A DNA stretch of 64,000 bases, taken from contig NC_043010.1 in the NCBI RefSeq assembly GCF_006345805.1, forward strand, positions 13,516,001 through 13,580,000. The letters are read 5' to 3'. The stretch is from Octopus sinensis. Lineage: Eukaryota. Under the pieces are notes generated by a model, which was not told where the DNA came from, made no database searches, and saw nothing but the letters and a program-made list of their open reading frames with translations. The stretch's first letter is position 1, and every line of letters starts with the position of its first letter. Position numbers and translations under genes: made by a program. Below are positions 1 to 12,912 of this stretch, piece after piece.

Positions 1-142
1 ATAATATTATTGGACGCTCAGGAAGGAAGGAAAGGAGGAGGGTTTAACGTTTCGAGCGGAGCTCTTCGTCAGAAACACAGGAGAAGGAAAGATCCAAAGA
101 AGGGAAGACAGAGGAAAAAAATCGCCAACGGTACACACGCGG
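1..142 (-). mobile_element. Penelope-like element terminal repeat, family X (cut by window edge)
   Basis: Reverse complement aligns with 13663-13803 and carries a minimal hammerhead motif typical of PLE termini. Confidence 0.7.
42..76 (-). ncRNA. Minimal type I hammerhead ribozyme motif
   Basis: Minus strand reads GTTT CTGACGA A GAGC-TCC-GCTC GAA ACGT T AAAC: intact core, stem II, palindromic ACGT stem III, stem I GTTT/AAAC. Confidence 0.75.
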
Positions 143-836
143 AGTTATAATAAAAACAGTTTTACATTAAACTGAAGAATTATTCAATCATTTTTATTGA
201 GTACATATTTACAAGCATAGTGGTGACAGTGACTTCGCAGTTTCAGCCTGCCAGCCTCTGTTGGGTTCCTGCTGGAGTCATCTACTCCAAGAGGAACCAA
301 ACTGTATCACAGTCTGCCAATTAAACACATACACTATTTCACTATTTATTGGATCCTCACTTCAGTGTATCGCAAAAACACTTTGTGGCAATTCTTCCAG
401 CACTTTACATATTCTGTTCAAGTCCAGCTGAGGTCAACTATTCAGGGTCAATAAAGTGCTAGTCAGATACTGGGGTCACTGCTACTGAGTGCAACCCAGC
501 CCTCAAAATATCTGGCACTATTATTAGTCAGCTAATTAGCTAATTAACCAACTGACAAATGAACTGCTTGATCAGTCATTCTCTCAATCAGCTATTCACA
601 ACTTCATTGATGATAAGAACTCTGGCAAAATCAATAGATAGATTAATTGATTGAACCATCAAACCAAGCAATTGGTTAGTTCACTGGTTAATTAGTTAAC
701 TAGCTGCTTACTAATAATACTAACCAATTTGCAAGGCTTTTAACAAAACTGACCCTTACTAAGACTCAACATCTGTTTTTATACTCAATTTCACAGCAAG
801 AATCTTCCAAAATAGATCCCAAAACAATATATAATA

Positions 837-837
<1 letters not shown>

Positions 838-878
<41 letters not shown>

Positions 879-955
879 ATATATTTAGCGAGAGAGAGAG
901 GGGGAGGGGAGAGAGGGAGGGGAGAGAGGGAGGGGAGAGAGGGAGGGGGAGATGT
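838..955. repeat. (TA)n followed by GA/G-rich purine tract
   Basis: Direct reading. Confidence 0.9.
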
Positions 956-1609
956 CTATGTGTGTGTGTGCATGTGTACATGTACATGCATGTTTGTGTA
1001 TATACATACATGTATATGTGTATACGTAAGTATCTGTATACAAAAGTATGCATGGCCACTTACATATATTTGCATACATACTTACGTATTAATACATGTA
1101 TTTATGCGCATACATCTATAAGCACTAATCATAATCATATACACACACACACACATATATATATACACACACACACACTTATCTATATATATACTTGCAA
1201 ACAGGGCTTCTAACAGAAATTTAGTAAGGCGGAACCAGACTGCTTTGGGGGTTCCTGGAGAGTGGGGTGGGGTGGGATTCTCTAAATATTCAAGGGGTCT
1301 ATGAGATATTTTATTTGTTTTAGGGAGGGGGTAAAAGAGAATCCTAGGTTTCAGACAGATGTACTGGTTGAACCCTCTTCTTATAGTCCATGCAAACAAA
1401 TCAATATGCAAACACATATATATATATATATATTAGTTGTAAAGATATATAATTTGCAGACACCATGAAAATGTAATCTCACCATATTAAATGAAGAAAA
1501 GAAATGGATTTCTTAGTATTATATTTAGAAATATCAAAATACCTTAAATCAGTTGACACTGGAAAAACATGTCAGTTTATATATATATTGAAGCATTATA
1601 TATATATAT

Positions 1610-1914
1610 CGCAATAGCCCAGTGGTTAGGGTAGCGGATTCGCAGTCGGGGGATCGCAGTTTCAATTCCCAGACTGGACATTGTGTGTGTTTATTGAGCA
1701 AGAACACCTAAAAGCTCCACGAGGCTCCGGCAGGGGGTGGTGATCCCTGCTGTACTCTTTCGTCACAACTTTCTCTCACTCTTTCGTCTGTTGGCCTGCT
1801 CGCTTAGCCAAGTGGGGTGGCGTCATTTGAAGGCTAAAACAATGTGAAGCACATTGTGACCAGCGATGTGTAGCAACATCTGATAGCCTGGTCGGTCACA
1901 GTGATCACGGTGAT
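1610..1914 (+). mobile_element. tRNA-derived SINE, body C with tail alpha
   Basis: A box TAGCCCAGTGG, B-box-like TTTCAATTCC, body shared with 17055/31294 copies, tail shared with 38229 and 55092. Confidence 0.85.
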
Positions 1915-2215
1915 ATGTATATATAAACAATTCATAAATAAGGGCAAATTTCTAATGCCAAATGGCCGAAAAATTGGACATATTGTCCATTAACCATATA
2001 ATTTTTTCACAATACGCACGCTACTCGAAAAAAGGTCGACAGAAATTTCTAAAAATTTCCATTATTACCATATTGGACCGATTTCAGAGTTAGCTTATAA
2101 CAGCCCTCCCTTCGTCAGTGATATTTAACTTTTAAAGGTATTTTTTAATATGCTGGCCATTGATAAAATATTTTTTGAAAAGAATTTTTTTTCGAAAAAA
2201 ATTTTATCCTACATT

Positions 2216-2248
<33 letters not shown>

Positions 2249-2252
<4 letters not shown>

Positions 2253-2468
2253 AAATTTAGAGGATTGACCACTAAACGTGGACAGCCTGTATGCTAGATA
2301 TAGACGTCAAAATCACCATTTTCCACAGAGAATGTGTTCTCAAGAAAAAAATTCATTTTTGCTGAATTTTTTCTTGAGAACACATTCTCCGTGGAAAATG
2401 GTGATTTTGACGTCTATATCTAGCATACAGGCTGTCCACTTTTAGTGGTCAGTCCTCTAAATTTTGTA
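2249..2468. repeat. 220-bp near-perfect palindrome (fold-back/MITE-like)
   Basis: Arms 2249-2355 and 2363-2468, 7-nt loop, about 3 substitutions and 1 indel, TA at both ends. Confidence 0.95.
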
Positions 2469-2717
2469 TGTAAAAAAATTTTTTAATCTTCGGATTCTTT
2501 AAATACGCTAGGCCACTGGTTTTAATTAATTAATATCAATTTCTACCCTTATTTAATTTTATATATATATATATATATATAAATTAAATTAGAGATAAAA
2601 CCACTATTAGGCAACTCAAGCAGTGATAGACATAAATTTGATTTAATCCTAAATCTAATTTTTCCCTGTAAGTTTGGATATAATCCCTAATATTATTATA
2701 TATATATATATATATTT

Positions 2718-2768
2718 ACATGCTAGCATGGAAAACGGACGCTAAACGATGATGATGATGATGATGAT
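2718..2768 (+). mobile_element. RTE-type 3' tail stub with (GAT)n
   Basis: CATGCTAGCATGGAAAACGGACGCTAAACGATGATG matches the end of the RTE copy at 16040-16090. Confidence 0.75.
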
Positions 2769-2785
2769 ATATATATATATATATT

Positions 2786-2843
2786 CTTTTCTTCTTTTAC
2801 CTGTTTCAATCATTTGACTGTGGCCATGCTGGAGCACTGCCTT
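2786..2843 (-). mobile_element. SINE-A 3' tail fragment
   Basis: Matches GGTGCTCCAGCATGGCC...TGAAACAAGTAAAAGA tail. Confidence 0.7.
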
Positions 2844-3067
2844 TGGTGGAACTTATTGAATTTATTTATAGATACGGTTGTACATAGGGTAAATGTGTTT
2901 CAAAGTTGTGGTTTCTTTGATTTGTTTGTTCCCAAAGAACACTTCTTTTAGTGCCGCTGACACCACCAGATTGAATGGTACTGCCTAGTGTTGAATTGTT
3001 GGTATTGCAGGTATGGCTGTGGAATAATATTATAACACATCCTTTTGATATATATATTTATATATAG

Positions 3068-3144
<77 letters not shown>

Positions 3145-3509
3145 ATATATATAATACATATTCTTTTTACAGGATGGCCCAAAATTTGCTCTAACATTTA
3201 ATACATACAAATATATTAAATGGTATTTTGAATTTTTGGTCATACTGTATTTACTTTTCCTGGTCAAAATTCTTTTATTTCTGGAAAAAAGGTGATCATC
3301 AAAGGCTCACCTTCTTCTTTCATCACAGGTACTGTAGTGCAGTAAATTAATAAGTGTTGAGTGAGTAATATACATGTCAGCGGGTTTGTATATTAATTAG
3401 TGTATGTATATTAGCAGGATTAAAAATAAAACCGTCTCTACTATTCAATTAAACAAACTGAAACTTTTAATTACTCAGTTACTAACTACGACTTTAAGAA
3501 TGTGAATAT

Positions 3510-3572
3510 ACATACATACATACATACATACATACATACATACATACATACATACATACATACATACATACA

Positions 3573-3619
<47 letters not shown>
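3510..3619. repeat. (TACA)n(TA)n microsatellite
   Basis: Direct reading. Confidence 0.95.
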
Positions 3620-3625
3620 CACTGG

Positions 3626-3830
3626 TGAAGGCACATGGCTCAGTGGTTAGACGATTGGGCTCACAATCATGAGGCAGTGAGTTCTTTTCCTGGACCGGGC
3701 TGCATGTTGTATTCTTGAGCAAGACACTTCATTTTCCATTGCTTCTGTTCACTCATCCATAGAAATGAGCTGCGATGTCACTGGTGCTAAGCTGTATTGG
3801 CCTTTGCCTTGGATAACATCGGTGGCATGG
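3626..3830 (+). mobile_element. tRNA-derived SINE, body D (diverged)
   Basis: TGGCTCAGTGG A box; TTCTTGAGCAAGACACTTCATTT body like 18498 copy. Confidence 0.6.
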
Positions 3831-3974
3831 AGAGGGGAACTGATATGCGGGGGCGATTGCTGGTCTTCAATAAACAACCTTGCCCAGACTTGTGCCTCAG
3901 AGGGGAACTTTTTAAGTGCAATCCCATGGCCATTCATGACCGAAAAGGGTCTTTACCCTTTATGTATATCCTTT

Positions 3975-4172
3975 TCTACTCTAGGCACAAGTCCCGAAAT
4001 TTTGGGGGAGAGGGCCAGTCAATTAGATCAACCCTAGTACACAACTGGCACTTAATTTATCGACTCCAAAAAGACGAAAGGCAAAGTCAACCTCAGCGGA
4101 ATTTGAACTCAGAACGTAAAGACAGACGAAATGCCACAAAGCATTGCGCCCGGCATGCTAACGTTTCTGCCA
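3975..4172 (-). mobile_element. SINE-B with alternative tail 2
   Basis: Head GAGCTGGCAGAAACGTTAGC and GACTTTGCCTTTC core; tail CCCTCTCCCCCAAAATTTCGGG differs from tail 1. Confidence 0.75.
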
Positions 4173-4500
4173 GCTCACCACCTTACCCTTTACATATATC
4201 ACTGTACTGACCAAGCTTTCAGGTGTTTGCAGGTTACAATGTGCTTCCTTGCATTGTTGTAGCTTTCAAATGATGCTTCCTCTGCTGGCTAAAAACAAGT
4301 AAGACGACATTTTCTTCAGAATGGATCACAGTTTGTCACAGGGTTACTCATTCACAGTTGAGTGGACTGGAGCAATGTGAAATGAAGTGTTTTGCTGAAG
4401 AACGCAAGGCACCACTGGTCAGGGAAGTGAAACCACAACCTTGCAATCAGCAGTGCAACACCATAACAACTAGGCCCCATGCCTTCACACACATATATCA

Positions 4501-4659
4501 TACACACACATATATATATCATATCATATATATATATACACACATATATCATATCATATATATATATACACACATATATCATATCATATATATATATACA
4601 CACATATATCATATCATATATATATATACACACATATATCATATCATATATATATATAT

Positions 4660-4660
<1 letters not shown>
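4501..4660. repeat. 30-bp minisatellite, about 5 copies
   Basis: TATATATACACACATATATCATATCATATA repeats at 4531, 4561, 4591, 4621. Confidence 0.9.
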
Positions 4661-4699
<39 letters not shown>

Positions 4700-4702
4700 T
4701 AT

Positions 4703-4895
4703 AGGGATAGTTTACGAAAAAAACAAAAGACGAAGACAGGTGGTGTACAAAACAAACAGATGTATTAGTATAACGGTCAGGAATAGAAAAAGTCTTTTAC
4801 GTTTCGAGCCTATGCTCTTCTACAGAAAGATACACAGAAAAAACAAGGAGAGAAAAAAATGTGTGTAGTGGCTAACGATCTATCATGGCGACTAG
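4703..4895 (-). mobile_element. Penelope-like terminal repeat, family Y
   Basis: Reverse complement aligns with 32815-33000; hammerhead-like motif; abuts (TA)n. Confidence 0.7.
4794..4829 (-). ncRNA. Hammerhead-like motif with U6 variant
   Basis: CTTT CTGTAGA A GAGC-ATAG-GCTC GAA ACGT A AAAG. Confidence 0.55.
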
Positions 4896-5699
4896 TGCCG
4901 GACAGAAGGGTCAACATGAGGAGGAAAGTAGGGGAGATAACAAGGTAAATATGTGTATATATATATGAAACAGGGAAAGAACTCGCTGCTTAATGATTGG
5001 GAGTCCAATGTTCTAACCACTGAGCCATGTGCCTTCACCAGGGATATGTATGTATGTAAGTATGTATGTCTCGTTTCTCTGTTTTTCCATTGTTCAAAAA
5101 ACAGTTCGTTTTCTGTATTTTTGTTTCAATGTTTTCATTTCTCATTGTGTTCAACGTTTTTTTTTTTATGTCCTGTACCCCTATATGCATGTATATATAC
5201 ATATATATGTAGGTATGTACATATGTGCATGTATATATGCATATATTTATATATTATTTATATTATATATATATATATATATATTATATAAATCATATAT
5301 TATATATATGTATATAATGTGTGTGTGTGTATACATGCATGCATATATTATATATATGTATATAATGTGTGTGTGTGTGTGTGTGTGTATACATGCATGC
5401 ATATTTACAGGCACATATTACACATAGTTTTGCAGTATACTTTAAAAATTTAGTTCTAAGTGAATAATTTTTTATTCATTTTTACTTAACTGTTCATAAT
5501 TGACTATTGACAATACTCAGTGGCTTCTTACTGCATGTACACACACACACACACATGCAGATTCTCAAAATAAATATCACCATTACCAGATTAACTATTC
5601 AGCTAACTGCCAGGTATTTATTTCGAGCATTTCAGCAACTATTCTCAATGGACCAGTAACTTCCCTAACCACTCCTTATTCTATCTTAGTTTCCTTAGT

Positions 5700-6335
5700 C
5701 TATCTACCATACAGTTTTCAACTTTAGTTGTTGATCATTCTGTTGGGGTCTTTCAGCAGTTTCTCATGATAACACTTCTACATATCTGTTTTGTCCTCAG
5801 TACTAAGGACAAGGATGCCACTATCAATCTCTCCAATGACACCTTGATTTTTCCCTCACACACTATCATGCAATCCGGAACACTCCATTCCTCTGATACT
5901 CATGTCACAGAACAAGTGCAAATCTCTTACTTTCTGCTTTCATTTACCTAATTATAATTTGCTCGACGGCGAGCTGGCAGAGTCGTTAGCACGCCGGGCG
6001 AAATGCTTTGCATTATTTCGTCTGCCGTTACGTTCTGGGTTCAAATTCCGCCAAGGTCGACTTTGCCTTTCATCCTTTCGGGGTCGATAAATTAAGTACC
6101 AGTTACGCACTGGGGTCGATGTAATCGACTTGATCCATTTGTCTGTCCTTGTTTGTCCCCTCTGTGTTTGGCCCCTTGTGGGTAGTAAAGAAATATATAT
6201 AATTTGCCAAGTTTCCCTTCAATGTAATACTCTCTGCTTTCACCTCCCTTCCAGACTTTTCAAGCTTGTCTCTTAGCTTTGAAAGCTCTAGTTAGCATAC
6301 CTTCTACCATCATGTCACTTTCTTTCTGGCCTGGA
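5700..6335 (-). pseudogene. Degenerate RTE LINE ORF fragment interrupted by SINE-B
   Basis: Hand translation gives RKKVT*W..RAFKAKRQA*KVWKGGESREYY and GILVLSTEDK..*KCYHEKLL, resembling the RTE pre-RT region. Confidence 0.45.
5968..6194 (+). mobile_element. SINE-B, tail 1, full length
   Basis: GAGCTGGCAG head, GGTTCAAATTCC B box, GCCTTTCATCCTTTCGGGGTCGATAAATTAAGTACCAG core, TAAAGAAAT end. Confidence 0.9.
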
Positions 6336-6394
6336 CATTAGACTAACCACACATCCGATCTGTAGTTCTCAGTAGGTTACCTCACAAGGACTCT

Positions 6395-6670
6395 CAGTGG
6401 ATATTTTCGGTTTGAACGGCAGTTTTTTCTAGCGGTGTCATATGAAATTGTCACCCATAATTATGACCTAGTATCGATCTATTGCATTTCAATCTGTTTT
6501 AGGGGTGGTTAGGGTTAGGGTTAGGGGTGGGGGAAGGGTATCTTTTTTCCTCAGAAATGTAAATAAACCCAATCTGTTTCTTAAACGAGGGACATATTCA
6601 TATGGCACAGAATGCTTTTTACCTCAATAGACGTCACTGATTGGTTAAAATTGCAGAAATTGAAGAAAAA
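6395..6670 (+). mobile_element. Unclassified repeat containing (TTAGGG)3, possibly Helentron/HINE-like
   Basis: GGTTAGGGTTAGGGTTAGGGG at about 6508-6528; GATTGGTTAAAATT also seen near 24779. Classification is inference. Confidence 0.3.
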
Positions 6671-6689
6671 AAAACAAATATCTTACAAA

Positions 6690-6732
6690 CTATATGTATG
6701 TATGTATCCATGTGTATGGAATGTGTGAGTGT

Positions 6733-6778
<46 letters not shown>

Positions 6779-7290
6779 CTATGTATCTATGTATGTATGT
6801 ATGTATGTATCCATGTATATAGAATGTGTGTGTGTGAGTGAGTGTGTGTGTGTGTGTGTATGCATGTGTATGTGTATCTATGTATCTATTTATGTATATA
6901 TCCATGTATATAGAATGTGTGTGTGTGTGTGTGTGTGTGAGTCGATGTATCTATGTATGTATGCATTTATGCTTGTGTACGAATATGTGTGTGTATCTAT
7001 GTGTGGATGTATGGATGTATGTGTATGGATATATGTGTATGTGTCTTTGTATTTGTTCCACCACCTCTTGATGATCGTGTATATAGATATGTGTGTGTGT
7101 GTGTGAGTGCATGTGTGTGTCAGTATGAGTATGTGAGTGTGTGTGTATGTCGATGTAGCTATGTATGTATGCATTTATGCTTGAATACGGATGTGTGTGT
7201 ATCTATGTGTGGATGTATGTATGTGTATGGATATATGTGTATGTGTCTTTGTATTTGTTCCATTACCTCTTGGATAATCTTTGTTGGATT
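6690..7290. repeat. Compound TG/TATG microsatellite with duplicated 100-200 bp blocks
   Basis: GTCGATGTA...TATTTGTTCCA block at about 6941-7062 and 7149-7263. Confidence 0.85.
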
Positions 7291-7480
7291 GTATACATGT
7301 CCAAAATATTGTGGTTTGACAAGAAAATTTTTTAATTTAGTTATAGAACAAGTACCAAACTTAAAATAAGTCCTTGGGTTCATTTAACTGAACCCATCAA
7401 GGAAGTGCTCCATCTTGGCCACAGTCCAATGAATGAAACAAGCAAAAGGATTAAAAAAATAAGGGTATACATAAATATAT

Positions 7481-7893
7481 ACTCTTTACTCTTTTACTCT
7501 TTTACTTGTTTCAGTCATTTGACTGCGGCCATGCTGGAGCACCGCCTTTAGTCGAGCAAATCGACCCCGGTACTTATTCTTTGTAAGCCCAGTACTTATT
7601 CTATCGGTCTCTTTTGCCGAACCGCTAGGTGACAGGGACGTAAACACACCAGCATCGGTTGTCAAGCAATGCTAGGGGGACAAACCGACACAAACACATA
7701 CATACATATATATATATATATACATATATATGACAGGCTTCTTTCAGTTTCCATCTACCAAATCCACTCACAAGGCATTGGTCGGTCCGGGGCTATAGCA
7801 GAAGACACTTGCCCAAGATGCCACGCAGTGGGACTGAACCTGGAACCATGTGGTTGGTTAGCAAGCTACTTACCACACAACCACGCCTGCACC
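7481..7893 (-). mobile_element. SINE-A (tRNA head, CCTTGGGCAAG core, internal microsatellite, (GTAAAAGA)n tail)
   Basis: Aligns with about 13 other copies in the window. Confidence 0.9.
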
Positions 7894-8019
7894 TATGTAT
7901 GCACATATTTTATACGATATATATTATATGGCATATACAGTTATATATATTATCGTGCACACACCAACACATATATACACATATATACACATATTATATG
8001 ACACGCACACATTTTACAT

Positions 8020-8210
8020 ATTGGAGTCTGGTGCAATCTTCCAGTTTGCCAACCCTGGTCAAATTGACCAGCCCATACCAGCATGGAAAATGGACATTAA
8101 ATGATGATGATGATGATAATTGTGATGATGGTGGTGGTGATGGTGGTGATGATAATGATGATGATGATGGTGATGATGATGGTGGTGATGGTGATGGTGG
8201 TGATGATGAT
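8020..8210 (+). mobile_element. Degenerate RTE tail with expanded (GAT/GGT)n
   Basis: CCAGCATGGAAAATGGACATTAAATGATGATG. Confidence 0.6.
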
Positions 8211-8529
8211 ATATAGACCTATATATGTATATACTCAATATATACACATTTATACATATATCCATATATATGACATACATACACTTATACTCATACTTCC
8301 ATATACATATATAGATATATACAATGTGTGTGTCTGTATGTATGTATGATGTATGCGTGTAAGAGATATGATATGATATGATAAGAGAGACAAACAATGA
8401 GAGAAGAGGGAACCATAAAGAGTTATATAGGAATTTATCTACATTTTTTTTTATTTGTGTGTGCCAATGTTAGACTTCTATTTCCATTCAAAATTCATGT
8501 GAAAATAGGGTTATCATACATAGCAATGC

Positions 8530-8622
8530 ATGCATTCATATACACATACATCATATATATATACATACATATATATATATATATACATACATACATATAT
8601 ATACATACATACATATATATAC

Positions 8623-8661
<39 letters not shown>

Positions 8662-8950
8662 CATACATATACATACATACATACATACACATACATACAT
8701 ACATATACATACATACATATACATACATACATATACATACATATGCATACATACATACATATACATACATACACATACATATATATACATAATATATACA
8801 TATACATATATATACATACATACACACATATATACATACATACACACATATATACATACATACATACATATATACATACATACACACACACACACACAAA
8901 TATATATATATATGTATGTATATACAAATATGTATACACACACACACACA
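8530..8950. repeat. Compound (TACA)/(TA)/(CA) microsatellite
   Basis: Direct reading. Confidence 0.95.
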
Positions 8951-10110
8951 CATCTTTATGTATCATTCATACACTGAGATTCCCAGATAAAACTGTAGAT
9001 AAGTAAATATGTATATATATATATATATATGCTACTGGTAGATCATTTTCAAAGGGACTCTACCTCTCAGGCGCTGAAGAAATCAGTTAATAAAAATAGA
9101 GCTTCGCTAAACTTCACTCTCCAGAACCATTAAATTTAGCTGTCTTACCTTTTCCTCACTCCCCATCCGCCTTCTGTTTTTTCTATACCTTTTTTCTTCT
9201 CATAACCCCTCCTCCCCTTCTTTCTTTTCCTTTTTTTTTTTTTTTTTTTTTTTTCATGTATCTCATGCATGTCCTAATTCACTTCCTTTCCTCTCATTTA
9301 TTAATTTTTTTTTTTCCCCTTTCCTCTTCAAATTGTTGATAAACCTATCCAGATATCCAGCTGTCATTCTCAGAATCTAGTTCTCTCTTCTTTCTAGTCA
9401 TTTGATAACTACATTTCCCTTACAAAATAAACTGGCTGCACTAACTCCCAAGAATTGTCCAACAGAATTAGTACTAGTAGTAGTAGTAGTCATAGTGGTA
9501 ATCTTTCATTCAAAGAGAAACTAAAGTAGAAAACTAACTGGATTACATTTATCTTCCAGAATATGAAAATGGTAAATCTATCAGAAGAAGCTTTTGTTGA
9601 CATACAGAAACGGTTTCAACACTCCTGAGAGCAATACGATTGGTCGAGAAAGTTGAAAGCTGAATTCTAAAAATAACCCCATAGGTGCAGTGAAATAAGC
9701 TTAGACCTTAAGGAATCTGTTGTTTTGAAAGGATTTTTGTTTATTTTTAGCACTTTAAGGATAAAAGAATTCATCATCTACAGCGCCACTTTTTTTTTAT
9801 ATCTTAGTATTAATTTCAAGCGATGCAGAAGAACGTAGAATTTATTTTCTCATATCAAATTTTGACAAGACAAAAACAAACAAGAATGGTTCTGAATTTT
9901 TGGTTACAGGGAGCCCTAATGAAAAATGTTTGCACCACACCACAAGAAAACCAAACCTTTAACACTGAATACACTATTTAGAAAAACTTATAACACACCG
10001 ATATGATAAGGTAGCGCACCCAGATATTCCATGTCTAGATTTTGTTACATATTGCCTCATCCCTCTTTAAGAACAGGTACACATTTAGGGAATGTTAGTA
10101 ATACACTTAC

Positions 10111-10210
10111 TTCTATGCTGTTTCTATTTCTCTCCCCGTTTACTAAAGGTATTTATAAACACAGTTGAGTTAGTGTTCGCATATTTAATTCTGGAAGCAT
10201 CAGAAAATAT
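10111..10210 (-). other. Candidate exon (GT-AG bounded)
   Basis: Long pyrimidine tract ending TTTTCTAG before, GAA|GTAAGT after; 101-nt intron 10211-10311 begins GTGAGT. Stops in all three frames. Confidence 0.35.
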
Positions 10211-11110
10211 CTAGAAAACATTATGTGATGAGATAAAAAGAAAAAAAAACATACATTACTCATTAATTTGTACTGCTTTGATTTATATCTGGATTTCTCT
10301 TCTTTACTCACTGAATGAATCGAAACAGTATTGTTTTATCATGTGGATAGCATCTAAGACTAAATAATTCCTGAAATATTCCCATTTTCCTGTTCCTACA
10401 AATGTACATTCTGGTACATTTACATCTTGATACTTTCATCACTATTTCCAGATAAACAGTGAAATCTTTGCTTCTCTGAAGACATTTAATGCGACCAAAA
10501 TATGTCCTGAGTTACCTCACATATTTACCAAAAGAATTTCAATAGTATTTTCAATAACTAATATGCTTTTTTTTTTTTTGCTTTTTTCACTACAAAGTCA
10601 TTTTTCTAGTTAGTTCTAGATACACCCTGTATTAAATATTTCAGCACTAATTTATGTATCATTGCAGCGTGGAAGGTGTTTGTAAGCCATTTAAAAAACA
10701 CACAAAAGCCATTCGATTCACTTCAACATTTAAGTTTAATTTGTCAAAATATTTTCGTCACTCTAAGACCGCGACCTGTTCACTGACAAAAATCCGAGCT
10801 GCATCTGAGAAAGGAACAGTTAGTTCGTTATATATATGTACGTATGTATGTGTGTATGTATGTATACACACATGTATGCATGCATGCATGTATGTATGTA
10901 TGTACGTACGTACGCCTGTGTGTGTATGTATGTATGTGTGTATGTGTATATGCACGCACATACACATTATAAACTTAAAGCTATAAACCTGTAGTGATGT
11001 ATCATTCCTTTATGTAAATGGCATCTTAGAGAAACTCATTTTCAAAGCATATTCATAAACATGGCACATCGGCATTTTAAAGTATAGAAATTATTTTATA
11101 AAACTAATCA

Positions 11111-11498
11111 GACACAGGCATGGCTGTGTGGTAAGAAGCTTGCTTCCCAACCACACAGTTCCGGGTTCAATACCACTGCATAGCATCTTGGGCAAGTACC
11201 TACCACTAGTGGATTTGGTAGATGGAAACTGAAAGAAGCCCATCGTATATGTGTGTGTGTGTGTGTGTGTCTTTGTGTCTGTGTTTGTCCTTCCTACCAT
11301 CGCTTGACAACCAATGTTGGTGTGTTTACATCCCTGTAACTTAGTCGTCCAACAAAACAGACCAACAGAATAAGTACTAGGCTTACAAAGACTAAGTCCT
11401 GGGTTTGATTTCTTTGACTAAAAAAGAAAATAACATTTAAGGCAGTGCTCCAGCATGACCACAGTCAAATGACTGAAACAAGTAAAAGAATAAAAGAC
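11111..11498 (+). mobile_element. SINE-A (diverged)
   Basis: Family alignment. Confidence 0.85.
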
Positions 11499-11666
11499 TA
11501 AATTAATTTGTTATAACAGACCCTAGCTAAAAGCCTATTTGCCCCACCAAGGTTAAATACCGAAAGTTATCCACCCTTGGGGTAGACTTCTGAACTTTTT
11601 GTACTCCGTTTGTGACATGCAGACTACCTCTAGTTGCTGCTTACTTTATTATTCATCTTAGGTTAC

Positions 11667-11716
11667 CAGTATGACTATGCGGTATAGCAATTTGATTATT
11701 TCCTTATAACAAGAGG
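11667..11716 (-). other. Candidate small exon
   Basis: Acceptor GCATTTTTTACCCTACAG; donors CTG|GTAACC (11667) or AAA|GTAAGC (11645); one open frame SCYKEIIKLLYRIVIL. Confidence 0.25.
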
Positions 11717-11784
11717 CTGTAGGGTAAAAAATGCAAATTTTCAAAAGTTTCTATCCATTTGAAAAATAAAAGAAACAACTAATA

Positions 11785-12206
11785 GGCACAGGAGTGGCTG
11801 TGTCGTAAGTAGCTTGCTTACCAACCACATGGTTCCGGGTTCAGTCCCACTGCGTGGCATCTTGGGCAAATGTCTTCTGCTATGGCCCCGGGCCGACCAA
11901 TGCCTTGTGAGTGGATTGTTAGACGGAAACTGAAAGAAGCCTGTCGTATATATGTATATATATATATATATAATGTGTGTGTGGTGTGTTTGTGTGTCTG
12001 TGTTTGTCCCCCTAGCATTGCTTGACAACCGATGCTGGTGTGTTTACGTCCCTGTCACTTAGCGGTTCGGCAAAAGAGACGATAGAATAAGTACTGGGCT
12101 TACAAAGAATAAGTCCCGGGGTCGATGTGCTCGACTAAAGGCGGTGCTCCAGCATGGCCGCAGTCAAGTGACTGAAACAAGTAAAAGAGTAAAAGAGTAA
12201 AAGAGT
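11785..12206 (+). mobile_element. SINE-A full length
   Basis: Family alignment; (GTAAAAGA)3 tail. Confidence 0.92.
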
Positions 12207-12709
12207 GGTTAATCTGAGTATATTAGTGACAGAGATTCCAAATTACTATTGTATCTTTATCAAAAGTTATTGCAACACAACCACACCCCAAATACAGGGC
12301 ATGTTTTTCTGTTTTTTTCTTCATTCATTAATCATGATCTTTATCATTCACTTTATAATTGTAAATTCCACCTCTGCATGTTAGAGTAACTGAGATGAGT
12401 CGTCCGTATTAACCAGAATCATTCCACAAGATTAGATCTATGTTTTTCATTTTTTTCCAACTTACCTCTGAAGGTGGTTAGGGTGTTGCACTTGTTATCG
12501 CCAGATTGTGGGTTCAATTCCCAGACCAGGTGGTGTGTTGCGTTCTTGAGCAAAACACTTTATTTCATGTTGCTCTTGTGCTGTGTAGGGACCAGCATTC
12601 CAAAGAATAGACCCAACACTTCCCCAACATGTTGTAAAAGACTCTGAAAGAGGTTGAGATAGGATTTTCACTCTGACCTCATAAAATCCTCACCAACAAC
12701 CAACTACCA

Positions 12710-12912
12710 TGGAGGCGCAATGGACCAGTGGTTAGGGCAGCAGACTCACAGTTGTAAGAACGCAGTTTCGATTCCTGGACCAGGCATTGTGAGTGTTTAT
12801 TAAGCAAAAACACCTAATTGAGCAAAAACACCTAAGCTCCATGAGGCTCCGGTAGGGGGTGGTGGTGAACTCCACTGTACTCTTTCACCACAACTTTCTC
12901 TCACTCTTTCCT
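12710..12912 (+). mobile_element. SINE body C, 3' truncated
   Basis: TGGAGGCGCAATGGACCAGTGG head; internal AGCAAAAACACCTAA duplication. Confidence 0.8.

Noticed and set aside
1610-1675. SINE heads as functional tRNA genes
   Set aside because: A and B boxes are present, but heads continue into SINE bodies and lack a complete cloverleaf.
2860-3026. 50-codon minus-strand frame after TTCCACAG
   Set aside because: No recognisable motif and no good donor; insufficient support.
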